NCBI RefSeq assembly: GCF_006345805.1
Contig: NC_043013.1
Coordinates: 12,586,001 to 12,650,000, forward strand
DNA from: Octopus sinensis
Lineage: Eukaryota
DNA: 64,000 nt
Direction: 5' to 3'
The position numbers and the translations under genes were made by a program. Every line of letters starts with the position of its first letter. The first letter of the stretch is position 1. Shown piece after piece: positions 1 to 12,390 of this stretch. The notes under the pieces were generated by a model. The model saw nothing but the letters and a program-made list of their open reading frames with translations, was not told the origin of the DNA and made no database searches.

Positions 1-61
1 TGATGATGATGATGATGATGGCGATGACGGTTATGATTGTGTTGGCTATGATAATAGTAAA

Positions 62-242
62 AATCCTTTCTCCAATAGGTCCGAAATTTGGGAGGAGAGG
101 GAAAAGGAATCACATTGACCCCAGGTACTTGACTTGTACTTATTTTATCGACCTCGGCGGAATTTGAACTCATATTGTAAAGACAGATGAAAGCCACTAA
201 GCATTTCGCCCGGCGTGCTAATGATTCTACCAGCTCACGACC
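62..242 (-). mobile_element. tRNA-derived SINE, family A (internally deleted copy)
   Basis: Reverse copy of the recurrent head ...gagctggtagaatcattagcacgccgggcgaaatgcttag...gagttcaaattccgccgaggtcgat, seen >20 times in the window. Confidence 0.8.
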
Positions 243-261
243 ACCGCCTAACCGGAAACGG

Positions 262-960
262 AAGCTCTAGTCTGTGCTGCCCAAGAGCAAGCACAAAGGA
301 CAGACTACATAAAATATAGAATAGACAACACAGCAGAAAGTAATAAGTGCAGAATCTGTGGACAAAATGGTGAAACCGTATGGCATATTACCAACCAATA
401 TACGCCACTAGCCCAGAAGGAATATAAGAGACGCCACGACAAATATAGCCAGGCTTGTCCATTGGACACTCTGCAACAAGTATGGACTTGACAGAGCAAA
501 AAATTGGTACGACCACAAACCTGAAGGCATTGTCGAAAATAGAAATGCAAAGATCCTATGGGATTTTATGATTTAGTGCGATAGAGGATAGGAAGCCGGA
601 CAGAAAGAAAACAAACTATGCTGGATCATAGATATAGCATGCCCATCTAACAACAAGGTATGTGATAAGGAAGAAAGAAAAGTCGAGAGATATGACAGGT
701 TATCTTGGGAAGTTAAGCAGTTGTGGTCGATGAAAAAAGTAGCAGTAGTACCAAGAATTGTGGGAGCCCTTGGAACAGTGATTAAAAATCTCAAAAAAGT
801 ACGTGGAACAAATAGGAGCTGCAATAAGGGTGGAGCGATTGCAGAAAACAGCACTGCTTGGAACCGCTCGAATACTCCGGAAGGTGCTTGAAAAATAAGA
901 GGTGTTACCTTTAGTTCACTGGTAGTACATCTCCAGCGTCAGAAGCTGTGCAAAGGCAAT
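262..960 (+). pseudogene. R4/Dong-like REL non-LTR retrotransposon 3' fragment (CCHC knuckle plus restriction-like endonuclease, 3' UTR, (TAA)n tail)
   Basis: Manual translation: CRICGQNGETVWHIT..EYKRRHDK..KILWDF..IIDIACP..KVERY..VGALG..LQKTALLGTARILRKVLEK* (stop 896-898), with frameshifts and stops; followed by (AAT)n. Confidence 0.85.
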
Positions 961-988
961 AATAACAGTAATAATAATAATAATAATG

Positions 989-1052
<64 letters not shown>

Positions 1053-1053
<1 letters not shown>

Positions 1054-1288
1054 TATTCAGGGACCTTTTGAGCGGGATGGGTTACTCGATCTGAAGAAAA
1101 TTCTAACTGGGCTCCACCTGCAAGGTCATGTGCTGCTTATCTTGATATGAGATCACCATGTCGCGCACATATGGTTGTGATGCATGTGCCTGGTGTACCC
1201 TTATCAGACGGGTAGTCATGATGGGTATACTGGGCTTCGTATATTTTACCCCAGTGTCACTTTGATGGCATGCTCTGCTCGCTCACTC
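1053..1288 (+). repeat. Unclassified interspersed repeat, family E (3' part), flanked by (AAT)n
   Basis: cagggaccttttgagcgggatgg...ctgaagaaaattctaactgggc matches 48470-48543; ends in (AAT)n. Confidence 0.7.
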
Positions 1289-1320
<32 letters not shown>

Positions 1321-1399
1321 CAACAACAACAACAACAACAACAACGACGACGACGACAACGACGACGACGACGACGATGATGATGATGATATCAGTAAA

Positions 1400-1725
1400 T
1401 ATCAGTAAAGGAATTTTACAAATTAAGTAAATACAAAATATATGGAATCTTAAAGCGAGAACTGTTCCTGTTATCGTGGGTGCCCTAGGTATGATAAGAA
1501 AAGGATGTCAGAAATATCTACATAACATCCCAGGAGAATCATGTGTCAGAGATATCCAAAAAATTGTGTTGTATTACATGAAGATATTTCCCTACTGTTT
1601 CTGCCACTTCCCCTCTCAAAGCTTTCAGTCATTAGAACATCTTTATCCTTCATTCGCCCTTGGACGCTGGGTGTGTCTCGGCGAGTGATTATAACAAATA
1701 TACGGATTATTAAAAGTAAATAATA
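1400..1725 (+). pseudogene. R4/Dong-like REL non-LTR 3' fragment
   Basis: Translation ..WNLKARTVPVIVGALGMIRKGCQKYLHNIPGESCVRDIQKIVL; microsatellite on both sides. Confidence 0.75.
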
Positions 1726-1734
1726 ATAATAATA

Positions 1735-1779
<45 letters not shown>

Positions 1780-1876
1780 GAAGAGAAGAAGAAGAAGAAG
1801 AAGAAGAAGAAGAAGAAGAAGAACAAGAACAAGAACAAGAAGAGCAACAACAACAACAACAACAACAACAATAATG

Positions 1877-1925
<49 letters not shown>

Positions 1926-2140
1926 GGGTTTCAAACTTTGGCACAAAGCCATCATTTTCGGAAGAGGGGCTGAGTCGATTACATCGACCCTAGTGTTCTA
2001 CTGGTACTTATTTTATCGATCTCGAAAGGATGAAAGGCAAAGTCGACCTCGACGTTATTTGAATTCAGAACGTGAAGACGGACTAAATGTCACTAAGCAT
2101 TACGCCCGGCGTGCTAACGATTCTGTCACCTCGTCACCTT
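1926..2140 (-). mobile_element. tRNA-derived SINE, family A
   Basis: Reverse match to the family A head and body. Confidence 0.8.
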
Positions 2141-2239
2141 CTGTGAATGTAATATTAATCAGCTTTGTTAAATGGAATTAATTAATAAGAGAATCACGAA
2201 ATAAATAACGTCGAATAAAATATGTGAGCACAATAATAT

Positions 2240-2650
2240 CTTTTTTATTTCTTTGTTGCCGACACGGGGCTAAACATAGAGAGGACAAACAAGGGAAGAC
2301 AAAGGGGTTAAGTCGATTATATCGACCCAGTGCGTAACTGGTACTTATTTTAATCGACCCCGAAACAATGAAAGGCAAAGTCGACCTCGGCAGAATTTGA
2401 ACTCACAACGTAGCGGCTGACGAAATACCTATTTCTTTACTACCCACAAGGGGCTAAACATAGAGAGGACAAACAAGGATAGACAAAGGGGTTAAGTCGA
2501 TTACATCGACCCCAGTGCGTAACTTATTTAATCGACTTATTTAATCGACCCCGAAAAATGATGAAAGGCAAAGTCAACCTCGGCAGAATTTGAACTCAGA
2601 ACGTAGCGGCAGACGAAATACCGCTAAGCATTTCGTATTTCGTCTGCAGC
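2240..2650 (-). mobile_element. Family A SINE, tandem (partial dimer) form with 19-bp TSD and 5' fold-back
   Basis: tatgtgagcacaataatat at 2221-2239 and 2651-2669; internal junction cgaaatac|ctatttc at 2428/2429; 13-bp inverted repeat 2609-2621/2635-2647. Confidence 0.85.
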
Positions 2651-3239
2651 TATGTGAGCACAATAATATTTAATATGTCCTTGTACAATCGGACATGGAA
2701 AACCATGCTGTCAAAAAGAAAAACAAACAAACAAAATACATGTCTTCAGAGATAAAAATTCTGTTCGTGTTTATAGAAAATAAGTGTGAAAAAAAACACC
2801 AGTGGACTATGAGTGACGTCATTAGACGACGCATGTGTTTTTGTGTCGTTACGCGTCGTTACGCATCATATAATCCAGATACCGAGTCATCATTCATAGC
2901 CACTAAAATCTTGTAGATCTTGAAATTAGAACAGAAAGCATTAGATTTACTTGCGTGTAGACAGCTTTGCTAAGGTGAAATCAATTAATTAATCACAGAA
3001 ACACTAAACAACGTTGAATGAAATATAGGTGAGCACAATCGTATTTAACGTTTACACTCGGAAACGGAAGGATATACGCTGCAGAAATCGTCTCGAAATG
3101 GGGGAAATATCCATTGTCCTTGTAGTAAGAACTGGTCTATGAATGACGTAACTTAGCAATCATGTTAAATATGCTTGTACACATCTATATTTCATTCATC
3201 GCGGCTTAGTGCGCCTCCAAGTAATTTAAATTGATACGA

Positions 3240-3620
3240 ATTGTTGCTGCTGTTGCTGTTGCTGTTGAGCGAACGGTCTTCGTCCCAGAGCTCGCAAGAT
3301 GGGAGAAGTCCGAAACGTGGTCCTCTGCTTTTCGTAAGACCCGCAGAAGAGAAAGCAGGTCAACCACCGACACCGAGAGCATCGACGGATGGATGAATGC
3401 GCATCCAGGCTCAGCAGTTGCGTAGGAAGTCGGGGACAAGAAACAGGAAGAAAGAGTGAGAGAAAGTTGTGGCGAAAGAGTACAACAGGGATCGCCACCA
3501 CCCCCTGTCAGAGCCACGTGGAGCTATTAGGTGTTTTCGCTCAATAAACACACACAGCGCCAGGTCTGGAAATCGAAACCGCGAGTCCGCTGTCCCAACC
3601 ATTGGGTCATTGCGCCTCCC
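3240..3620 (-). mobile_element. tRNA-derived SINE, family D head with a distinct 3' tail
   Basis: Head and body match 54888-55085 (ggaggcg.aatg.ccc..tggtt.gg.cagcggactcgcgg...gagcgaaaacacctaa); tail 3240-3430 differs and ends in (CAG/CAA)n. Confidence 0.75.
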
Positions 3621-3713
3621 CTGTTGCTGCTGTTGCCGTCTTGTCCCAAGTGAATTCGGTTTGAGAAGATATATGACACTCAGATAGTTGGCTGAATGAC
3701 ACGGTATCACTTA

Positions 3714-3941
3714 CGTAGATGCCCAGTCGTTGAATCGTATCTCCGTTTAGCTGAGGTCCACACAACATATTCCGACATGCAGCCGAGGCCCACACAACAC
3801 ATTCCGACATATTCCGGAATGGTAATGATGCAATATGACGGTATGGAAATATACATTTCCTTCAATAGCCATCTATGTATTATACTCAATGTATACACAC
3901 CACTGATAGGTCCCAAGATAATATCTTTTATGACGTGCTGG
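3714..3941 (-). CDS. Candidate internal exon, unknown protein (speculative)
   Basis: Acceptor tttatacactgtcgatag|G, donor CTAC|gtaagt, 228 nt open in one frame; no recognisable domain. Confidence 0.15.
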
Positions 3942-4022
3942 CCTATCGACAGTGTATAAACATTAAATATAATACGTAGATAGCTATTTTGATTTAACAC
4001 CGTCCCAATTACCTATACTGTA

Positions 4023-4205
4023 GAGGTGCATGACTTAGCGGTTAGGGTGTTGGACTCATGATCGAAAGATTGTGATTTCGATTCCTGGACCGGGCGACGC
4101 GTTATGTTCTTAAGCAAAACACTTTATTTCACGTTGTGCCTGGCTGAGGACGATGCAGCATACCCCGCCACGCAGTGATGAGTCGTACAAAGGACAGTTG
4201 ACAGC
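4023..4205 (+). mobile_element. tRNA-derived CORE-like SINE, family C
   Basis: A box tgacttagcgg, B box atttcgattcc, then cttaagcaaaacactttatttcacgttg shared with the other family C copies. Confidence 0.7.
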
Positions 4206-4215
4206 CTCCATATAT

Positions 4216-4416
4216 TTTATTCTTTTATTTGTTTCAGTCATTTGACTGCGGCCATGCTGGAGCACCGCCTTTAGTCGAACATATCAACCCCAGACTTATT
4301 CTTTTTAAGCCTAGTACTTATTCTATCAGTCTTTTTTTTTTGCCGAACAGCTAAGTGACGGGGACGTAAACACACCAACATTGGTTGTCATAAACACACC
4401 AAACATACACACCAAA

Positions 4417-4463
<47 letters not shown>

Positions 4464-4657
4464 AGACACACAGACACACAGACACACATACACACTATGG
4501 TCTTCTTTCATTTTCCATCTACCAAATCCACTCACAAGGCTTTGGTCGGTCCGAGGCTATAGTAGAAGACACTTGCCCAAGGTACCACGCAGTGGGACTG
4601 AACCCAGAACAATGTGGTTGGTAAGCAAGGTTCTTACCACACAGCCACTCCTGCGCC
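4216..4657 (-). mobile_element. tRNA-derived SINE, family B (head, CORE-like segment, microsatellite, tail)
   Basis: Reverse head ggcgcaggagtggctgtgtggtaag...gggttcagtcccactgcgtgg; central (CA)n; tail ...cagcatggccgcagtcaaatgactgaaac. Confidence 0.85.
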
Positions 4658-4954
4658 AATATACTCACTTTTATGGTTCTTCTAGTTTTTGCATCATGTT
4701 TTCGTCTCGAATCTGAGACCCGTAGAAACATGCTCTGATATGCTGTGAAGAATCACAAAAGAGGAATGAGAGTCCGGACAAATAAACTCGCTTCTCTGTT
4801 AAATTTGTTATTGTACGCCCACGCATCAATGCAGTAAAGTCTATTAGACCCTAGGTGTTTGAGGTGTAAAACTGGGACTGCGTCTGGCCCAGGGAGTGAT
4901 TGAGTTTACATGTCTAGGGGCTCGCTCGTTGGGTCTATTTTATTACTAGTTGTG

Positions 4955-5009
4955 GTGCAAGAAGTAGTAGTAGTAGTAGTAGTATAGTAGTAGTAGTAGC
5001 AGCAGCAGC

Positions 5010-5053
<44 letters not shown>

Positions 5054-5216
5054 GAATAGTAGTAGTAGTGGTGGTTGTAGTGGTGGTGGTGGTGGTGGTG
5101 ATGGTTGTGGTGGTGACGGTAGCAGTACTAGTAGTAGTAGTAGTGTTGTTGGTGGTGGTGTTAGTAGTAGTGGTGGTGGTGGTGGTGCTCCCAGCAGCAG
5201 CAGCAGCAGCAGTAGC

Positions 5217-5263
<47 letters not shown>

Positions 5264-7560
5264 CATACAGTCGGTGGGGGTGGGCGAGGTTAATGTTGGT
5301 GGTGGCCTGAAGATTGTGATATTGTCGGTGGCGATTACTCGGAGTGTGACAATGGCGTTGTGTACAGTAGTGATAGTTACAGTTCGCCAAGGTATTATCC
5401 GAACGACATTAGGTGCGTATGTACTTGTATGTGTCTGAGCATGTGTGCGTGTGCGCGTGTAGATGTATATGCGTGCGTGTGCATGTGAGTTCGTATGTGT
5501 GTGTGTGTGAGTTTGAATGCTTGCGTGTGTATGTCAGTGCGTGCGTGTGTCTATACAGCGATCAGAACGATTTAATCAGTAACAACATCACTGCCGTGCA
5601 AAAGGACAAATTATGACTTGTCATCTCCGATGACATCTCCTGTATGCAACCCCATTCCCTCGATTTCCCCTCTTTCCTCCCCCTTCTTCTACTTTCCCTC
5701 CTCTCCCTGCTACCACTTTTCTACCTCTTCTCGCTCCAGCTTCCCTCCGTCTTAATAGTATCTCATCCTTCCCCTTCCTTCACCTCACCTCCTAACACTT
5801 AATGCTTTCTTTACCTCGCTATTACTTCCTTGCTTGTTCCAAGAACAACAATACAACAACAAACTATACCTGCAATAACCACAAGCATAACTAGAATAAC
5901 AATGATACATTCGACAATAACGATAACAGCAACGATAGCGACAGCAGCAACAACAAGAAGAACAATAACAACGAGAATAACAACGGTAATTCCACATGCT
6001 AGAAATAACAAACAAATTTCCTGTTGTCTTCAGAAATGAAGGATAACGTTAAGGATAATACTATGTGGAGTGACTCCCGTAACACTAATCTCTGGTTATA
6101 CTACCTCTGGAAAGCAATACTGGATGGTCGTGTATAGAATGGTTTTCATCATCGGTTTATTATTATTATTATTATTTCTTTTTCAGGACTGACTTGGGGT
6201 ATCCCCAACCACAATATCAACAACATATGAACAAACACAACAACAACAACAACAACGGCAATGGTAATAATAACAACAGAAGCCACTACAATAACAATAA
6301 TGATAATATGACAACAATAACAACTACAACAACATCGATATCAACATCTATAACATTGACAACAACGAAAACAACATCCGAAATGAAAATAACAATAACA
6401 ATGGCGATAAAAACAACGATAATCATCAGCGCCACCACCACCACTACCACCACCGCCACTACCACCACCACTACAACCACCGCCACTGCCACCACCACCT
6501 CTACTACTACTACTAAAACCACCGCCACTACCACCACCACCACTACCACCACCAACACTACAACCACCGCCACTAACACCACCACAACAATCACCATCGT
6601 CATAATCGCAACCACCACGCCACCACCATCACCATCATCACCACCACCATTCTATCAACACCACCATCACCGTCACCACAAACACACGTACACACCGCCA
6701 CCACCACAACCTCCACCACCACAACCACCACCATCATCACCACTACCACCACCACTGTAACAACAACAATAACAGGAATAAAATATGATCTATGAAAACA
6801 GTAATTTTCCTGTCAACCCCCCTCTCTCCCTCTACTCGCTACTCCTCTTCCCCTTCTCTCTCCTCCACTTCTCCCCCCATCCCTCATCCACCATCGCCCT
6901 CGTACCCCTCCTGCCCTGCACCACAACCCCTCCACCACCACGACACGCTTGGCTCGTTGTATTTTGCTGCACCACCTACCACGCCACCCCCCCCCGTTTC
7001 CTTACTTCGCAAACGTTGACTACCCTCCACACTCCCCTCCACCCTCCCCAGCCGTCCACCTCCGCCTCAGCGCTCCCCCCTCCCCCGCACCCCCTACCGC
7101 TCATCCGTCACCGCCGCGTCCCGCACCGCTGAGCCTCATTTACCGCGTTTGTTCCATCTTCATCTGCCATGATGCTTCTTCTGTTTCTTCGACGCCGCCT
7201 CCAAATACTACAACCAATGCCACCACCTCCAACACCACCACCAACAACAACAACAACATCAACAACACTACCACCACTACCTCCCCCGCCCCAGCACTGC
7301 TGCCTCAACTACAATTTCTATATTAACGATACCACTTTTGATACCACCGCCATCATCGTTAGCACCACCTTGTTCTACGACAACCGTTACCGCCAACACC
7401 ACCACTACCACCACCAGCACTACTATCGCCACCACCACCACCACTACCACCATCTCTACTACTACTACTGCTAATGCTGCTGCTGCTGTCGCGGTAGTCA
7501 CCACTACCACCACCACCACCGCCATCATTAAGTGCCACCACCATCCTCCATCATCAGTTT
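4955..7560. repeat. Degenerate trinucleotide low-complexity tracts (AGT/GGT/ACC/ACA) with interspersed GT- and C-rich tracts
   Basis: Direct inspection; source of the poly-T/V/P ORFs. Confidence 0.85.
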
Positions 7561-7658
7561 CCTGTAGCTACATATGTATGTAAATATTGAGCTTCTCCAA
7601 GACTCCAAATTTATCTGTCTTATGTTTATATCTGTCAAATGTTTATGTATGTGTGTAG

Positions 7659-7697
<39 letters not shown>

Positions 7698-7869
7698 GGT
7701 ATGTATGTGTGTGCGTGTGTGTATGTATTATTTCTGTGTGTGTGTGTATATATACATATACATATAAATAATTTATTTTATAATATATATACACACAAAC
7801 ACACACACACATATATATATACACATCTATCTGTCTCTCTCTCTCTCTCTCTATGTATATATATATATA

Positions 7870-8012
7870 CCCTTCTATCCATGTACCTATCTATCTACCT
7901 ACGTACCTACTTATCTATCTATCTATCTATCTATCTATCTCTATCTATCTATCTAACTATCTATCTATCTATCTATCGATCTATCTATCTTTCTACCTAT
8001 CTACCTACCTTC

Positions 8013-8057
<45 letters not shown>

Positions 8058-8080
8058 CATCTATCCATCTATCTATCTAC

Positions 8081-8119
<39 letters not shown>

Positions 8120-8124
8120 CCTAC

Positions 8125-8159
<35 letters not shown>

Positions 8160-8174
8160 CCTACCTATCTACTC

Positions 8175-8212
<38 letters not shown>

Positions 8213-8238
8213 ATATCTATCTACCTACCTATCTACTC

Positions 8239-8310
<72 letters not shown>

Positions 8311-8370
8311 GTCTGCCTGTCTGTGTAGCTACCTACCTACCTACCTACCTACCTATCCACCTATCTACCT
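7870..8370. repeat. (ATCT)n / GATA-type tetranucleotide array
   Basis: About 500 bp of atct/acct units. Confidence 0.95.
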
Positions 8371-9131
8371 ATTTGGCCGTGTCTCTATCTCTGTCTCTCT
8401 ACCTTATTCCTAACATCAATGCGTTTGTCGGCCTCTTTCTCTTTCTTACTCCGCGCGCACCTCACTCCACGCTCCTCACCTTCCTTTCTCCCCCCCCGCC
8501 TTCCACCTTTTTCCTCACCCTCATCCACGTACCCTCCCCACCATCTCTCAGCTCCATCCTTCGTCTGCTAACGTCTAAACATAAACGAGGACAGGCAAAA
8601 CGACAAAAGATGAAAGTGCCAGGAACAAACAACACAGAAGAACCGCCACCACAAGCACCAAATAACCTTTTTTTTATTTCTCTTCTGCAGGAGATAGCAT
8701 CCGCCACGCTTCACTGCGTAGATGTCAGTCGCTATCATCGCCACCACCGCCATAGTTATCCACCTTCCTCACCTTCACCTTCGCCTTCAGCACTGCCGCC
8801 ATTATTGTCTTTCGCCGTCGACGCCATTGCTTCGATCAAGCAACTTCCATCGCCGTCTCTCGTTTTCAAGAATAACACCCATCATTTGCTATCAGCCATC
8901 TCTTTACCATTTAACCATCAACACAATTATTAGCGCCGCACTTACCGTGTCCACCACCACCGACACCAACGCCACCAACGTCAGCAACCCCACCAACCCC
9001 ACCGCTCTCGTTGCCACCTGCGCCGCCACTGCGTCACCCGTCACCCGTCGCCGCCGCTGCCAGTTTCACCCTTAACACCACTGTCATTACTCCCGCCACT
9101 ACCCACTACCACCAACACCACAATTCCTCTC

Positions 9132-9178
<47 letters not shown>

Positions 9179-9298
9179 TATCATCGTCAACATCATCATC
9201 GCATTGCTGCTGCTGCTGCTACTACTACTACTACGACTACTACTACTACTACTAATACTACCACCACCACCACCATCAGCACCACCACCACCTCCACC

Positions 9299-9340
<42 letters not shown>

Positions 9341-10616
9341 GCACGTCCCTGCCAACAGCAGTTCATCGCCATAACGAATATGGGTGCAGGTATGACGTCG
9401 TGTGGATTAGAAAGAAGTTCGATTGGCAACCAAACGGTTCCAGGATCGATCCATGTGCGCGGCATCTTGAGTAATTACCTTCTACGGTTTGATTGGAATT
9501 TTGCCAAACCAAAACTGTGCAGAAGCCTGTCACACGTCGGTATGCCTGACAAAATGATAGTATTATGTAAGCATTAGATATTGGGGTGGGGGGCTACATG
9601 TGCCAGAAAGTCAATGTTTCAACCGTATCACGCTCCTTAAACTTAAACTGGATTATCCCCAGTGTTCTATTTTTACGTTTAATTTTTTTCTGATTCCAAC
9701 CAAAGGTTGCAGCTATGCTGGGGACTAGTTTCAGTGTGATTGATTCTTATTTCACACTCAATTTCCGGTATTCTCTCCTGAACTGTTTCTGGTGAGTTGT
9801 TTTTCTTTGTGTTTCCTGCCGCAATGTAGGATCATCTGGCACCTCAGATAATATATTCAGAAGAGATTTTTTCTGTTTGGCAGCACCTGCGGAAATTTTA
9901 AAGTTTAGTGAAAATTTTAAGATTTGGTGTATTGGTGTAATTTTCCACGCTGAATCTCAGGAGATAATTTACTTCTTCCAGAAATTTAGTAAAAAAAATG
10001 TAGCAGAGGCTTAAAGTTTGATCATTTTTACCCAGTCAGAAAGCAGTATTTGGAAGCTGTCATTTTGTGCATGACTGCGCGTGTTGTCAACTGTAAACTA
10101 ATGAAATAATGGTGGGATTCTGCTTTATGCACGCCATATAACACCTCAGAACGTTTTTATTTTTTTAACATTTCGGGAATTCGTACGCTTATGCAACCCC
10201 AACTCCAACAAATCTTCATGCTAGGTTTAAGACCTATTTAGCTGTTACTTTTAGCGCATCTCAAGCTGCATGTGTTTTAAGCATTTGAATAAGCAACAAA
10301 AAGAAAAAGAAGTAAGCAGCTAGGAAACAGCTTGCTTTGTTACTATGGAAACAAGCACCTAGATGTCTGTGGCTTTCCTTTGGCTAAAATTACCCAAAAC
10401 TTGCAAACTTTAAAAGCTATTGATTCTTTATTTATCGATTTACGACGAAAATGAATTTCACGTCAAGATTACTTTACAAAACTACACCAATACACCAAAT
10501 ATGGAATCAGTTGGAACAGAAATTGAAGAAATTGAAAAGAGGCAGTCAAACAGAAAAGATCTTTCAAATGTTCTTTGAAAATATTCATACCTACACCTGG
10601 CAGAACTAATAATTAA

Positions 10617-10848
10617 AGTCGGTGAGCTGGCAGAAACGTTAGCACGCCGGGCGAAATGTTTAGTGGCATTTCGTCTGCCGTTACGTTCTGAGTTCAAATT
10701 CCGCCGAGGTCGACTTTGCGTTTCATCCTTTCGGGGTCGATAAATTAAGTACCAGTTACGCACTGGAGTCAATGTAATCGACTTAATCCCTTTGTCTGTC
10801 CTTATTTGCCCTCTCTGTGTTTAGCCCCTTGAGGGCAATAAAGAAATA
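10617..10848 (+). mobile_element. tRNA-derived SINE, family A
   Basis: gagctggcagaaacgttagcacgccgggcgaaatg...gagttcaaattccgccgagg...aaagaaata. Confidence 0.9.
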
Positions 10849-11240
10849 AAGAACTAACAATTATGGTTGATGTGGAGGAATCATTCAAAAATAGACTATT
10901 CTAATTTTCTGAGACGAATCTGTATATTTCTGCATAATGTTTGTGAGGTAAGATATTCCCTTCATCAGCTCTTAACTAGGTATCACAATGGTTTCAGTAT
11001 CTGCCAACAGTATCGCTCCTTAAAACGTCGTCGAGTAGCAAAGATGTAACTAGAGTGTGTCCAATTTTGTTTTCATCCGAGGTGTAAGGCGCTTTTCCTC
11101 CTCTGATAACCATAATTCTACCAGACCGAACTGGTTGCAGGTCTAGCCAATCAAATGAAACTAAACAGTACATTACATTTCGTGATTTGAATTTTGTTCA
11201 CAATTTTGGCCCCTTCCTCATTCTCTTTTTCTTTTAATGT

Positions 11241-11297
<57 letters not shown>

Positions 11298-11632
11298 ACA
11301 CACACACACACATGTCTCTATTGGAGTATATTGTGTTTTAACTCTTTTAGTAGTTTCAGCTCGAAAGTTGCGGTCATGCTGGGGCACCACCGTTGTAGTT
11401 TATGAATCAATGTTCTCTCATTCTTTCTCAGTCCGATGTCGGCCATGTAGGATTTAGCTCCGATGTTACCACACCTAACCCTACTAGAAGCTCCGTAAAC
11501 ATCCATCCTCATGTCACACACGATTTTCAGTAGCTTTTATATTTTAGGACCTGCGCCATATTAATTCCTCAAAGCATTATGACTCAATAAGCAGTATTTT
11601 CTTGTTTTATCAGGTCAGATCTTTGTATATAA

Positions 11633-11763
11633 CTAGTATTTATTCTATCGGCCTCTCTTGCCGAACCGCTAAATGACGGGGACGTAAACACACCAGCATC
11701 GGTTGTCAAGCGATGCTGGGGGACAAACACAGACGCACAAACATATACATACATACACACACA

Positions 11764-11804
<41 letters not shown>

Positions 11805-12005
11805 TTAGAAGCCCGTCGTATATAATATATATATATATATACGACGGGCTTCTTTCAGTTTCCGTCTACCACATCTACTCACAAGGCTTTGGTCGGCCCG
11901 AGTCTATAGTAGAAGACACTTGCCCAAGGTGCCACGCAGTGGGACTGAACCCGGAACCATGTGGTTGGTAAGCAAGCTACTTACCACAAACCTACTCCTG
12001 TGCCT
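11633..12005 (-). mobile_element. tRNA-derived SINE, family B
   Basis: Same architecture as 4216-4657. Confidence 0.85.
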
Positions 12006-12149
12006 GTATGTGTAACTTTCTCCGATAAAAGGCCTTCTGGATCAATGTTTAACCTCCTCCACCGTACCCCCATTACCAGTGGGGGTACCGTGGAGGAAGT
12101 TAAACAGTAAAAACGACAACCTTGCAGGCGCCTAAAAGTGGACATTTAA

Positions 12150-12390
12150 ATTTCTAGAAATAGCTGCTAAATCTCACGCAAAGGACTCGCAACTTTTTTC
12201 AACGAGTAGCCGAATATCCCACAAACCACACTTTATCATCTTAAAAACAAAGAAGCGATACATTGGAAAAATATATTCGTAGATATCCTGTCACGGAATA
12301 AATGCCGGAGTGGACACGGTTGGAGTGCTGTCGATTATGTGTCTATTTATTCAAAGTTTCCTAGGGTCTAAATAGCTACAATTAAAATGT
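12150..12390 (+). repeat. Unclassified interspersed repeat, family F
   Basis: ctagaaatagctgctaaatctc resembles the reverse of ttggctgctatttctagcag (63950-63970), 63145-63200 and 44210-44230. Confidence 0.45.

Noticed and set aside
4160-4200. gtgatgagtc...ggac resembling a hammerhead stem II
   Set aside because: C3 is missing and no GAAA or cleavage triplet follows
7659-8933. 424-aa ORF (IYLS repeats) and the other long ORFs at 18955, 23466, 37152, 56840 and 62307
   Set aside because: They are translations of stop-free microsatellites (ATCT, CA, TTA, TCT, CCT); no domain or codon-level evidence
8691-8933. Textbook acceptor ttttttttatttctcttctgcag followed by an open frame
   Set aside because: The downstream sequence is degenerate ACC/TCC low complexity with no donor or homology
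10935-10975. CTGATGA on the minus strand as a hammerhead
   Set aside because: No GAAA after the putative stem II (it reads ctcacaaac) and no stem I partner
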